Assembly (NCBI GenBank): GCA_902636165.1 | Contig: CACPQV010000001.1 | Location: 1 to 60,544 of the forward strand | Direction: 5' to 3' | Length of the DNA stretch: 60,544 bases | From: an uncultured Pelagibacteraceae bacterium | GTDB lineage: Bacteria; Pseudomonadota; Alphaproteobacteria; Pelagibacterales; Pelagibacteraceae | Shown: positions 52,338-60,544 of the stretch, in pieces | Layout of the letters: each line of letters begins with the position of its first letter | Position numbering within the stretch: position 1 is the first letter of the stretch | Position numbers and translations under genes: made by a program | The notes under the pieces: model-generated | Told to the model about the DNA's origin: nothing | What the model saw: the letters and a program-made list of their open reading frames with translations, nothing else | The model's database searches: none

Positions 52338-52428
52338 CTTTTATTATAATTGTAATATGCGACAAATGTTATATACAAATATATCTGAAAAAAGATATTA
52401 AACAATATTAAGAGACAATAATATACAT

Positions 52429-53019
52429 ATGATTTTAAATTTTAATGACTTTCAAAAACAAGATATCAAATTTGATATCACTGAGCTTAAAAAAGCTTAC
52501 AATGAAGTTTTATCTATAAAAGGATTTACTGGCATCGATGGTGTTTCAAATTTTAGTGCCATTTCATTAACTCAAATCCCAGGTGATCCAGATTCAATAA
52601 AAGGTCACAAAGCCAGAGGTGTATTTTGGACCAAACCAGATTCATCAGGAAAAGAAGTTGTGAGAGATGAAATGATAGATGAAGCTGCTTATTCCGAATT
52701 CATTGAGGAATATAAAAAAACCTATTTTAAAGAAGTTTTTGATATTTTATCATCTAGATATAAATTAGGAAGAGTTAGAGTTTTATTAAAAGAGCCTAGA
52801 TCTACATTGAGTTGGCATAGAGACCCAGAACCAAGACTTCATATTCCAATTATAACAAATCCTGGATCAATCATGGTCATAGATAATGTTGCAAAACATA
52901 TGCCTGCAGATGGATCTGTATGGATAACAAACAATACAAAATATCACAATGCTTTTAATGGAGGTGAACAAAACCGAATACATTTAGTTGCTTGTGTCCT
53001 GGATTATAAGTTTAATTAG
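52429..53019 (+). CDS. Putative 2OG-Fe(II) oxygenase (aspartyl/asparaginyl beta-hydroxylase-like fold)
   Basis: WHRD (HxD), RLHIPI, distal H in KYHNAFN, R in NRIHL. Confidence 0.65.
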   Translation: MILNFNDFQKQDIKFDITELKKAYNEVLSIKGFTGIDGVSNFSAISLTQIPGDPDSIKGHKARGVFWTKPDSSGKEVVRDEMIDEAAYSEFIEEYKKTYFKEVFDILSSRYKLGRVRVLLKEPRSTLSWHRDPEPRLHIPIITNPGSIMVIDNVAKHMPADGSVWITNNTKYHNAFNGGEQNRIHLVACVLDYKFN

Positions 53020-53020
53020 T

Positions 53021-53446
53021 TTGAAAAAAATATTCATTTCTTCTGATCACGCGGGTTATAAACTTAAAGAACAAATAAAAAACAGATTTAAAAAAAAGTT
53101 TAAATTTAAAGATCTTGGTACCAATGATTCGAAAGTTTCTGTAAATTATCCAGATTATGCACACAACCTCTGTAAAAAAGTGAGCGCTAATAGTAAAAAT
53201 ATGGGTATTTTAGTTTGTGGTTCTGGAATGGGAATGTCGATGGCGGCAAATAGACATAAAAAAATAAGGGCAGCAGTGTGTTATTCATTAAAAAACACAA
53301 AATTATCTAGATTGCATAACAACGCAAATGTTATTACATTAGGTTCTAGATTGACAAAAAAAAATACTGCATTTAAATGTATTGAAGCTTTCATTAATAC
53401 TAAATTTGAAGGTGGTAGACATAAAAAAAGAGTAAAAAAAATATAA
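53021..53446 (+). CDS. rpiB: Ribose-5-phosphate isomerase B
   Basis: SDHAG, YPDYA, CGSGMG, RLHNNAN, FEGGRH; probable TTG start at 53021. Confidence 0.95.
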   Translation: MKKIFISSDHAGYKLKEQIKNRFKKKFKFKDLGTNDSKVSVNYPDYAHNLCKKVSANSKNMGILVCGSGMGMSMAANRHKKIRAAVCYSLKNTKLSRLHNNANVITLGSRLTKKNTAFKCIEAFINTKFEGGRHKKRVKKI

Positions 53447-53453
53447 GGAAAAA

Positions 53454-54767
53454 ATGTCAAGTGAAACAAAATATTTAGATTCTTCTTATCAGGATTTTTT
53501 TGAAAAAAGTCTTTCAAAATCTGACCCGGATTTATTTAAGGCGATAAATGATGAACTTATAAGACAGCAAAATCACATCGAGCTAATAGCTTCTGAAAAT
53601 ATAGTTTCTCAAGCTGTATTAGAAGCTCAAGGATCAGTGCTAACAAATAAGTATGCAGAAGGATATCCTGGTAAAAGATATTATAATGGTTGTGAACATG
53701 TTGATGTAGCAGAAAAACTGGCGCTTGAGAGAATAAAAAAACTTTTTAACTGTAATTACGCAAATGTTCAACCTCATTCAGGCGCTCAAGCAAATGGTGC
53801 TGTGTTTTTAGCTTTGTTAAAACCAAATGACACTTTTATGGGTATGAGTTTAAATTCAGGAGGTCACATAACTCATGGATTAAAAATTTCAATGTCGGGT
53901 AAATGGTTTAATGCAATAAGTTATGACGTAGATAAAAAATCTGAATTAATTGATTATGATAATGTTGAAAAACTTGCTTTGGAACACAAACCAAAACTAA
54001 TTATTGCAGGTGGTAGTGCTTATTCAAGAGTAATTGATTTTAAGAGATTTAGAGAAATTGCCGATAAAGTTGGTGCTTATCTTATGGTAGATATGGCTCA
54101 TTTTTCAGGTTTAGTTGCAGGTAAGGGATATCCAAATCCTTGTGACTATGCACATGTTGTAACATCCACAACACATAAAGTGTTCAGAAGTGCACGTGGT
54201 GGAATTATCTTATCAAATGATATGGATCTTGGAAAAAAATTTGACACAGCTGTTTTTCCTGGGTATCAAGGCGGCCCGTTAATGCATATTATCGCTGCCA
54301 AAGCCGCAGGTTTTTTTGAGGCATTAAAACCTGAATTTCAAACCTACATAAAGAATGTTTTAGCAAATGCTAAAATGTTAGCTGAGACACTAAAAAATAA
54401 TGGATTTAAAATATACTCAGGTGGAACTGATACACATTTAATGTTAGTTGACCTAAGACCTTTTGGTGTAAAAGGAAATATAGCCTCTGAAAGTTTGTGC
54501 AGAGCCAATATTACTTGTAATAAAAATGGAATCCCTTTTGATACAGAAAAACCAATGATAACCTCAGGTATAAGACTTGGTTCACAAGCTGCTACAACAA
54601 GAGGATTTGGTTTAAAAGAATTTGAAAAAGTTGGTGAACTAATAACAAAAGTAATAAAAGGATTATCTAAAAATCCAGAAGACAACAGTCAAATAGAGGA
54701 AGAGGTTAGGAAAGAAGTGATTGATTTATGCTCTTCATTTCCGATTTACAAAAATTTGAATAGATGA
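53454..54767 (+). CDS. glyA: Serine hydroxymethyltransferase
   Basis: [33 protein letters not shown]. Confidence 0.98.
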   Translation: MSSETKYLDSSYQDFFEKSLSKSDPDLFKAINDELIRQQNHIELIASENIVSQAVLEAQGSVLTNKYAEGYPGKRYYNGCEHVDVAEKLALERIKKLFNCNYANVQPHSGAQANGAVFLALLKPNDTFMGMSLNSGGHITHGLKISMSGKWFNAISYDVDKKSELIDYDNVEKLALEHKPKLIIAGGSAYSRVIDFKRFREIADKVGAYLMVDMAHFSGLVAGKGYPNPCDYAHVVTSTTHKVFRSARGGIILSNDMDLGKKFDTAVFPGYQGGPLMHIIAAKAAGFFEALKPEFQTYIKNVLANAKMLAETLKNNGFKIYSGGTDTHLMLVDLRPFGVKGNIASESLCRANITCNKNGIPFDTEKPMITSGIRLGSQAATTRGFGLKEFEKVGELITKVIKGLSKNPEDNSQIEEEVRKEVIDLCSSFPIYKNLNR

Positions 54768-55222
54768 TTTGTTCAATATGTAAGAAAGGTGAGACCTCAG
54801 TTGTAGACTCACGTCCAACAGAGGATGGCACTGCTATACGTAGGAGAAGATTGTGTGTGTGTGGTGCAAGATTTACTACTTTTGAAAGAGTTCAATTTAG
54901 GGAATTAATGGTAGTAAAAAAAAATGGAAGGAAATCTGCTTTTGATAGAGATAAACTTGCTAAATCAATTTATATTGCGTTGAAAAAAAGACCTTTAGAT
55001 ACTGAAACTGTTGAAAAATTTATAAGTCGCATTTCTAGATCACTTGAGGAACTCGGTCAAAATGAAATTTCGAGCAATACTATAGGAACCATGGTCATGG
55101 AAGGTTTAAAGGAACTTGATCCAGTAGCTTATGTTAGATTTGCCTCTGTTTATAGAAATTTTAGAGAAGAACAAGATTTCGTACAATTTGTGGACAAGCT
55201 AGATGTCTACAAAAAAAGATAA
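54764..55222 (+). CDS. nrdR: Transcriptional repressor NrdR
   Basis: CxxC, VVDSR, RRRR, RFTTFE, ATP cone, AYVRFASVY. Confidence 0.97.
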   Translation: MICSICKKGETSVVDSRPTEDGTAIRRRRLCVCGARFTTFERVQFRELMVVKKNGRKSAFDRDKLAKSIYIALKKRPLDTETVEKFISRISRSLEELGQNEISSNTIGTMVMEGLKELDPVAYVRFASVYRNFREEQDFVQFVDKLDVYKKR

Positions 55223-56306
55223 ATTTTCAACTCAAGATAAAAATTTCATGAAATTAGCTTTAAATTTAGCTAATGCGCGAAGAGGTTTAACAGGAAACAA
55301 TCCATCAGTTGGATGTGTAATTGTAAAGAATAATAGAATAATATCTATAGGACAAACAGGCTATAATGGCAGACCTCATGCAGAACATAATGCTATTTTA
55401 AATTGTTCAGAGAATTTAGAGGACTCAAAAATGTATGTTACTCTAGAACCATGTAATCATTATGGAAAAACTCCGCCCTGTACCAAAAATATCATAAAGA
55501 ATAAAATCGGAGAAGTTTATTATTCAATGGATGACATTGATTTAAAAGTAAAAGGCAAGAGTTATTCAATATTAAGAAAAAACAACATTAGAGTTAAAAA
55601 GGGGCTTTTAAAAAAAGACGCAGAAAATTTATATAGATCTTATTTTTTTAATAGAAAAAAGAATCTGCCATATGTAATTGGAAAAATTGCAGTATCAAAG
55701 AATAAGATTATTTACAGCGAAATATCAAAGAAAATTACTGATAAAACATCTGATAAATTGACTCATTATTTAAGATTAAAAAGTGATGGTATAATGATTT
55801 CTAGCAAGACACTTAATATCGATAATCCGAAACTAAATTGTAGGTTGGAGGGTTTTAATCAATTCTCACCAAAAAGAATTATTTTAGACAGAAATCTAAA
55901 AATAAATTTGAAAAGTTATATAGCTAAATCAATTAAAAATGAAAATACTATAATTTTCCATAATTCCAACGATAAATCAAAAATAAAACTTTTAAAAAAG
56001 AGAGGTACCATTCTAATTAAACAATCTACAGATAAATACAAAAATTTAGATCTAAAAAAAATTCTAAAAGATTTATATAAAATGGAAGTAAGAAATCTAT
56101 TAGTAGAAGGTGGAGATATATTAACAAAAAATTTCCTTCAAAAGAAACTTTTTAATGAATTTTATATGTTTAGAAGTTCGAAAAATTTATCTAAAAACAA
56201 AAAACATGTTAATTTTACCTCTTTCAGCATTTTAAATACCAAATATAATAAACATAAGATAAACTCAAAATTAGCTAGAGATAAATTAACTATTTACAAA
56301 AATTAA
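55203..56306 (+). CDS. ribD: Riboflavin biosynthesis deaminase/reductase RibD
   Basis: NPSVGC, HAE, TLEPCNH.GKTPPC, DNP.L, VEGG. Confidence 0.93.
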   Translation: MSTKKDKFSTQDKNFMKLALNLANARRGLTGNNPSVGCVIVKNNRIISIGQTGYNGRPHAEHNAILNCSENLEDSKMYVTLEPCNHYGKTPPCTKNIIKNKIGEVYYSMDDIDLKVKGKSYSILRKNNIRVKKGLLKKDAENLYRSYFFNRKKNLPYVIGKIAVSKNKIIYSEISKKITDKTSDKLTHYLRLKSDGIMISSKTLNIDNPKLNCRLEGFNQFSPKRIILDRNLKINLKSYIAKSIKNENTIIFHNSNDKSKIKLLKKRGTILIKQSTDKYKNLDLKKILKDLYKMEVRNLLVEGGDILTKNFLQKKLFNEFYMFRSSKNLSKNKKHVNFTSFSILNTKYNKHKINSKLARDKLTIYKN

Positions 56307-56307
56307 A

Positions 56308-56901
56308 ATGTTTAATGGAATTATATTTAACAAAGGTTTAATAACAAAAATAATTAAAAGACCTAAAGGAATTAATATATTTGTAAAATCTAATCTCAAA
56401 TTAGGTCCAAAAGATATAGGTGTTTCGGTAGCTTGCGATGGAGTTTGTCTTACTCTTATTTCAATAAAAAAAAATATAATGGAATTTTATTTATCTAATG
56501 AGACTATAAAAAAATCAAAATTTAGATACATAAGATTTAATGATGAAATCAATATAGAACTTCCTCTTAAATATGGACAAAAAATATCTGGACACATTTG
56601 TCAAGGTCACGTTGATACTACGGGAAAAATACTATCTATAAAAAAAATCGATAAATCCTACCTTTTTGATTTTGAGATAAATAAAAAAGAAAGAAAAAAT
56701 ATTATTGAAAAAGCTTCAATTAGTATAAATGGTATTTCACTTACAATTTCAAAAAAAACTAAAAGAGGCTTTCAAATTTGGATTATTCCTCATACATATA
56801 AATTAACAAATTTATCATCCTTAAAAAAAGGAAATTTAATTAATGTTGAAATAGATATTCTCTCAAAATACGTTAGAAATTATTTTTATGAAAAAAGATA
56901 A
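56308..56901 (+). CDS. ribE: Riboflavin synthase (alpha chain)
   Basis: MFNGII, GVCLT, GH..QGHVD, GISLT, IPHT, NVEID. Confidence 0.94.
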   Translation: MFNGIIFNKGLITKIIKRPKGINIFVKSNLKLGPKDIGVSVACDGVCLTLISIKKNIMEFYLSNETIKKSKFRYIRFNDEINIELPLKYGQKISGHICQGHVDTTGKILSIKKIDKSYLFDFEINKKERKNIIEKASISINGISLTISKKTKRGFQIWIIPHTYKLTNLSSLKKGNLINVEIDILSKYVRNYFYEKR

Positions 56902-57988
56902 TTATTCTTCAATTGAAACAATTATCAATGTTGCCAAAAGAGGGGGGATGTACATTTTAGTAGATGATGAAAAAAGAGAAAATGAGGGTGACTTAGTCAT
57001 ATCAACTTCAGATACTAATGCAAAGAATATTAATTTTATGGCCAAATATGGGAGAGGTTTAATTTGTTTAGCTTTGGACAGTCTTCAAGCTAAAAGGTTA
57101 AATTTATCTTTAATGTCACCTGTAAATCAATCTAGAAATCAAACAGCATTTACAATTTCAATAGAAGCTAAAAAGGGTATCACAACTGGAATATCAGCAA
57201 AAGATAGGGCTAAGACTATTAAAATTGCTTCAAAAAAAAATGTTAATAAAAAAGACATAGTATCACCTGGCCATGTATTTCCAATTATAGCCAAAGATGG
57301 TGGTGTTCTTGTTAGAGCTGGTCATACTGAAGCCTCGGTTGATATATCTAAGTTAGCAAAAAAAAATAATTCAGCAGTCATTTGTGAGATAATGAATGAG
57401 GATGGAACTATGGCTAAGGGTCAAGAGCTTTTTAATTTTGCACGAAAACACAAACTCAAAATTGGAAAAATTGAAGATCTTATTTCCTATCGATTAAAAA
57501 AAGAAAAATTGGTAAAAATGAAAAAATCCTCAGATATTAAAATTAAAAATCAAAAATATAAAATCAAAATATATGAGAATCTTTTAGATGGATCAGAACA
57601 TTTTGCACTTATTAAGGGATCTCTTAAAAAATCTTCTGTTCCGCGTGTGAGAGTTATTTCGTCAAATGTAGTTTACAATTATCTAATAAGTCAAAAACTT
57701 CCTAATTCATTTGATAAAACAATCAATTATTTTAAAAAATATAGTAATTGTGTTCTGATTTTTATAAAAGATACAAATCTAAATTCAGTCACTCAAACTC
57801 TTAAAAAGTTTTCAAATAGAAATTTTAAAAAAAATGGTAAAGATAATCTTATAAGAAATTATGGTATAGGTGCACAAATTATAAAAGATTTAAAAATTAA
57901 AAAGATGATATTAATAACTAAAACACCAAAAAAAGTTATTGGATTAGAGGGATATAATATTAAGATAACTAAACAAGAATTAATTTAA
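56888..57988 (+). CDS. ribB: DHBP synthase fused to a degenerate GTP cyclohydrolase II-like domain (RibBX-type)
   Basis: DDEKRENEGD, GITTGISA.DR, RAGHTEA, CEIMNEDG; C-terminal RNYGIGAQI. Confidence 0.92.
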   Translation: MKKDNYSSIETIINVAKRGGMYILVDDEKRENEGDLVISTSDTNAKNINFMAKYGRGLICLALDSLQAKRLNLSLMSPVNQSRNQTAFTISIEAKKGITTGISAKDRAKTIKIASKKNVNKKDIVSPGHVFPIIAKDGGVLVRAGHTEASVDISKLAKKNNSAVICEIMNEDGTMAKGQELFNFARKHKLKIGKIEDLISYRLKKEKLVKMKKSSDIKIKNQKYKIKIYENLLDGSEHFALIKGSLKKSSVPRVRVISSNVVYNYLISQKLPNSFDKTINYFKKYSNCVLIFIKDTNLNSVTQTLKKFSNRNFKKNGKDNLIRNYGIGAQIIKDLKIKKMILITKTPKKVIGLEGYNIKITKQELI

Positions 57989-58374
57989 TGAAAAAGATTT
58001 TAATTGTTACTGCTGATTATTATAAAGATATTTCCTCAGGTTTATTGAATAGTTCAAAAAAAAACTTTCCAAGAAATTTTAAGATAAGAATAATTAAAGT
58101 TCCTGGTGTTTTTGAGATACCAGTAACCATCTCAAAAAATATTAAAAAATATGATGCTTTTGTTGCTCTTGGATGTGTTATAAAGGGCCAGACTCCACAT
58201 TTCGATTTTATATCTCAATCCTCAACTAATGCTATTATGGATTTAGCTATAAATTCAAAAAAACCTATAGGGAATGGAATTATTACTTGTTTAAATATGA
58301 AACAAGCAAAAGCCAGAAAAAAAAAGGGAGCTGAAGCAGCAAAAGCTGTTGTCTCAGTCTTATCTCAAAAATGA
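57988..58374 (+). CDS. ribH: Lumazine synthase
   Basis: VPGVFEIP, LGCVIKGQTPHFD, KG.EAA. Confidence 0.95.
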   Translation: MKKILIVTADYYKDISSGLLNSSKKNFPRNFKIRIIKVPGVFEIPVTISKNIKKYDAFVALGCVIKGQTPHFDFISQSSTNAIMDLAINSKKPIGNGIITCLNMKQAKARKKKGAEAAKAVVSVLSQK

Positions 58375-58775
58375 GACCAAAATATAGTCCAAAAAATAAC
58401 CCTAGAGTTATTATCATTCAAAAATTATATGGAGTTTTGTTTAATAACGATGAAAAAATTGAATTCCCAAAACATAGGTTTAAAAAATTTATTAAGGATA
58501 TAGTTTTAGGTACAATAGAAAGAAACGAAATTATAATTGATGAATTGGAAAAAAATTTAGGTGAAAATTTTAATTTATTTAAATTAGATAAGATATTTCA
58601 AGTAATTTTAAAATCTGCAACATATGAAATTTTATTTAAGCCTAATCTTTCCATAAATATAATAATTAAAGAATATCTTGATGCATCCAATCTCTTTTTA
58701 AATGACTCTCAAACTAAATATCTAAATGCATTATTGGATAATACTGCCAAAAAGTTGAGATCTTCTAATGCATGA
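58371..58775 (+). CDS. nusB: Transcription antitermination factor NusB
   Basis: IL..ATYEI, IIKEY, YLNALLD; ribH-nusB-thiL synteny. Confidence 0.88.
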   Translation: MRPKYSPKNNPRVIIIQKLYGVLFNNDEKIEFPKHRFKKFIKDIVLGTIERNEIIIDELEKNLGENFNLFKLDKIFQVILKSATYEILFKPNLSINIIIKEYLDASNLFLNDSQTKYLNALLDNTAKKLRSSNA

Positions 58776-59286
58776 ATTTGATATAATTAAGAAATATTTT
58801 TCTAAATTATCCTCCAAAAATAAAAATTCACTAAGACTTAATGATGATGTTTTTTTTGATAGATCAAAAAAATTAGTCATTTCTGTAGATACCTATGTAC
58901 ATAAATTACATTTTTTCGATTTTAAAAATCCAAATTTAGTCATGAAAAAAATTCTTAGATCCTCCATTTCTGACTTAATTTGTAAAGGTGTTAAACCAAA
59001 ATACTATTTTATCTCTGGCTCTGGAAATAAAAAAACATTTACAAAATCTAATTTAATTAAGATTTCACAGTCGCTTAAACAAGAACAGAAAAAATTTAAA
59101 ATTTATTTATCTGGTGGAGATACTGTTTTTTCTAATAATCTAAGCTTTACAATTATCTCAGTTGGTTTTTCTAATAATATAATTTTTAGGAACAAGGCTA
59201 AACTCAATGATGATATTTATGTAACAGGCAACCTAGGTGATAGTTATACAGGTTTAAAAATTTTAAAAAGAAAAATATTGAACTAG
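58768..59286 (+). pseudogene. thiL: 5' fragment of thiamine-monophosphate kinase, truncated at a chimeric junction (about 59270)
   Basis: EFDIIKKYF, DD, SDL...G..P, GGDT, VTGNLGDS; runs into the folK copy and stops. Confidence 0.88.
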
Positions 59287-59511
59287 CCAAATATAAACTA
59301 GTTGAAAAAAATATTAAGATTCTAGAACTCTCGAATTATTATGAAAGCGCTTCATGGCCTGATCCAAAAAATCCAAAATTTTTAAACATTGTCATAAAGA
59401 TATCAACTAACTTAAAGCCAACACAATTACTTAATATATGTAAATTAATAGAATTAGAATTAGGTAGGAAAAAATCAGGTAAAAATGCACCTAGAATTTG
59501 TGATATTGATA
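59271..59511 (+). repeat. 241-bp exact copy of folK internal sequence (45420-45660)
   Basis: Base-by-base match from aaaaatattgaactagcc to tgtgatattgata. Confidence 0.95.
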
Positions 59512-59512
59512 A

Positions 59513-60277
59513 ATCGCCTGGAAAAAATATCGAGGACAAAACCATTGTTGCAACAATGGTTACTGCATAAGTCTCAAATAAATCAGCAGCCATTCCCGCA
59601 CAATCACCTACATTATCGCCTACATTGTCAGCTATAACTGCAGGATTTCTTGGATCGTCTTCGGGAATCCCAGCTTCAACTTTACCAACTAAATCAGCTC
59701 CAACATCAGCTCCTTTAGTGAAAATACCACCACCAAGTCTTGCAAAAATAGAAATTAATGATGCACCAAAACCAAGTGCAACTAACGCATTTACAATTTC
59801 TCTTTCATCAGTATTAAATTTCAGCAACAAAAAGTAATAAACAGCTATCGCAAGTAATGCTAATCCAGCAACAAGCATACCTGTTACTGCACCTGATTTA
59901 AAAGCAACAGAGAGACCACTCTCCAATCCTTTTCTTGATGCTTCAGCAGTTCTTACATTTGCTTGAACTGAAACTAACATACCCACATATCCGGCTATTC
60001 CGGACAATGTTGCACCAATTAAGTAACCCAATCCAACAAGCAAACTAAAGGCAAAACTCACAATAACTAAAACAACAACACCAACAATAGCTATAGTTTT
60101 ATACTGTCTTGCCAGATAAGCTTTTGCACCTATTTGAATAGCTGATGCAATTTCTTGCATTTTTGAATTTCCTGCACTTGAGTTTAAAATATTTTTTCCA
60201 GTTAAATATCCATAAACTATTGATAATAATCCGGCACCAATTGTATATAAAAGTATAGTTTCGATGTTTGAGCTCAT
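59513..60277 (-). pseudogene. hppA: 5' fragment (about 255 aa) of membrane-bound H+/Na+-translocating pyrophosphatase
   Basis: [38 protein letters not shown]; the ORF then reads into antisense folK to 59339. Confidence 0.92.
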
Positions 60278-60360
60278 ATAAACCTTAATTAAGATGTTGG
60301 TTGTTAGTTATTTAAAAATCGGACAATACAAAAAAAGCTATAAAAGGCAATAAATAACTT

Positions 60361-60544
60361 CTAAAATTGATGAAAATATCCTTTGTTTTTAATGGTAATT
60401 TTATTCCCTTTTTCATCAATAATTTGTGGTTTTTGAGAACCAATACAAATATTTCCAATTTTTGAAATCTTAATACCTAAAGATTTAAATGTTCTATTAA
60501 TGATTCTTGACTTTTTTTTTGAGGCAGTGAACAATATTTGATAA
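60361..60544 (-). CDS. thiL: 3' end of thiamine-monophosphate kinase (partial, runs off the window; absent from the ORF track)
   Basis: My translation: YQILFTASKKKSRIINRTFKSLGIKISKIGNICIGSQKPQIIDEKGNKITIKNKGYFHQF*, matching the ThiL C-terminal DYELLFT...IG...GYxHF pattern. Confidence 0.85.
   Translation of the reverse strand, partial: YQILFTASKKKSRIINRTFKSLGIKISKIGNICIGSQKPQIIDEKGNKITIKNKGYFHQF

Noticed and set aside
52355-52375. TGCGACAAATGTT resembling a RegA/PrrA half-site between hemB and the oxygenase
   Set aside because: Only one half-site matches; not supportable without conservation data.
1005-54685. Many short alternate-frame or antisense ORFs (e.g. 1005-1235, 6695-7036, 17500-17952, 19059-19472, 20899-21324, 54344-54685)
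   Set aside because: They lie almost entirely within well-supported genes, are mostly F/L/I/S-rich shadows of AT-rich codons, and carry no family motifs.
59271-59511. folK copy as a MITE/IS or invertase-controlled switch
   Set aside because: No inverted termini, target-site duplication, transposase or recombinase; it is an internal piece of a housekeeping gene.
1-60544. CRISPR array, prophage, rRNA, tmRNA or anti-phage system
   Set aside because: No spaced repeats, phage or defence-like ORFs, or room for large RNAs; nearly every base belongs to a recognisable housekeeping gene.

Overview
Very AT-rich, tightly packed alphaproteobacterial core-genome window, most consistent with Ca. Pelagibacter (SAR11). 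That assignment is inferred from protein sequences, gene order and minimal intergenic spacing, not from a database search. It holds the str-S10-spc-alpha ribosomal superoperon (no tuf, no rpmD), housekeeping genes (lipB, mgtE, panC, galU/ugd, topA, plsY, pyrB plus a pyrC-like gene, gatCAB), soxBDAG followed by a solute-binding protein and a single permease, tRNA-Ser(GCT), the dapA-smpB-folK-rel-pyrE-pdxJ-acpS-lepB-rnc-recO block, hemB, a 2OG-Fe(II)-type oxygenase, and glyA-nrdR-ribDEBH-nusB-thiL. I see no CRISPR, prophage, IS or defence system. The clearest anomaly is the last 1.8 kb. thiL is cut by an exact 241-bp copy of folK, and after it the sequence is inverted (5' part of hppA plus an uncalled 3' end of thiL on the minus strand). 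This is most likely an MDA/assembly chimera. The best biological leads are the sox-linked orphan SBP plus lipobox-bearing permease, a Rel lacking its helical/Zn-finger region, several degenerate enzyme domains, and candidate leaderless promoters.
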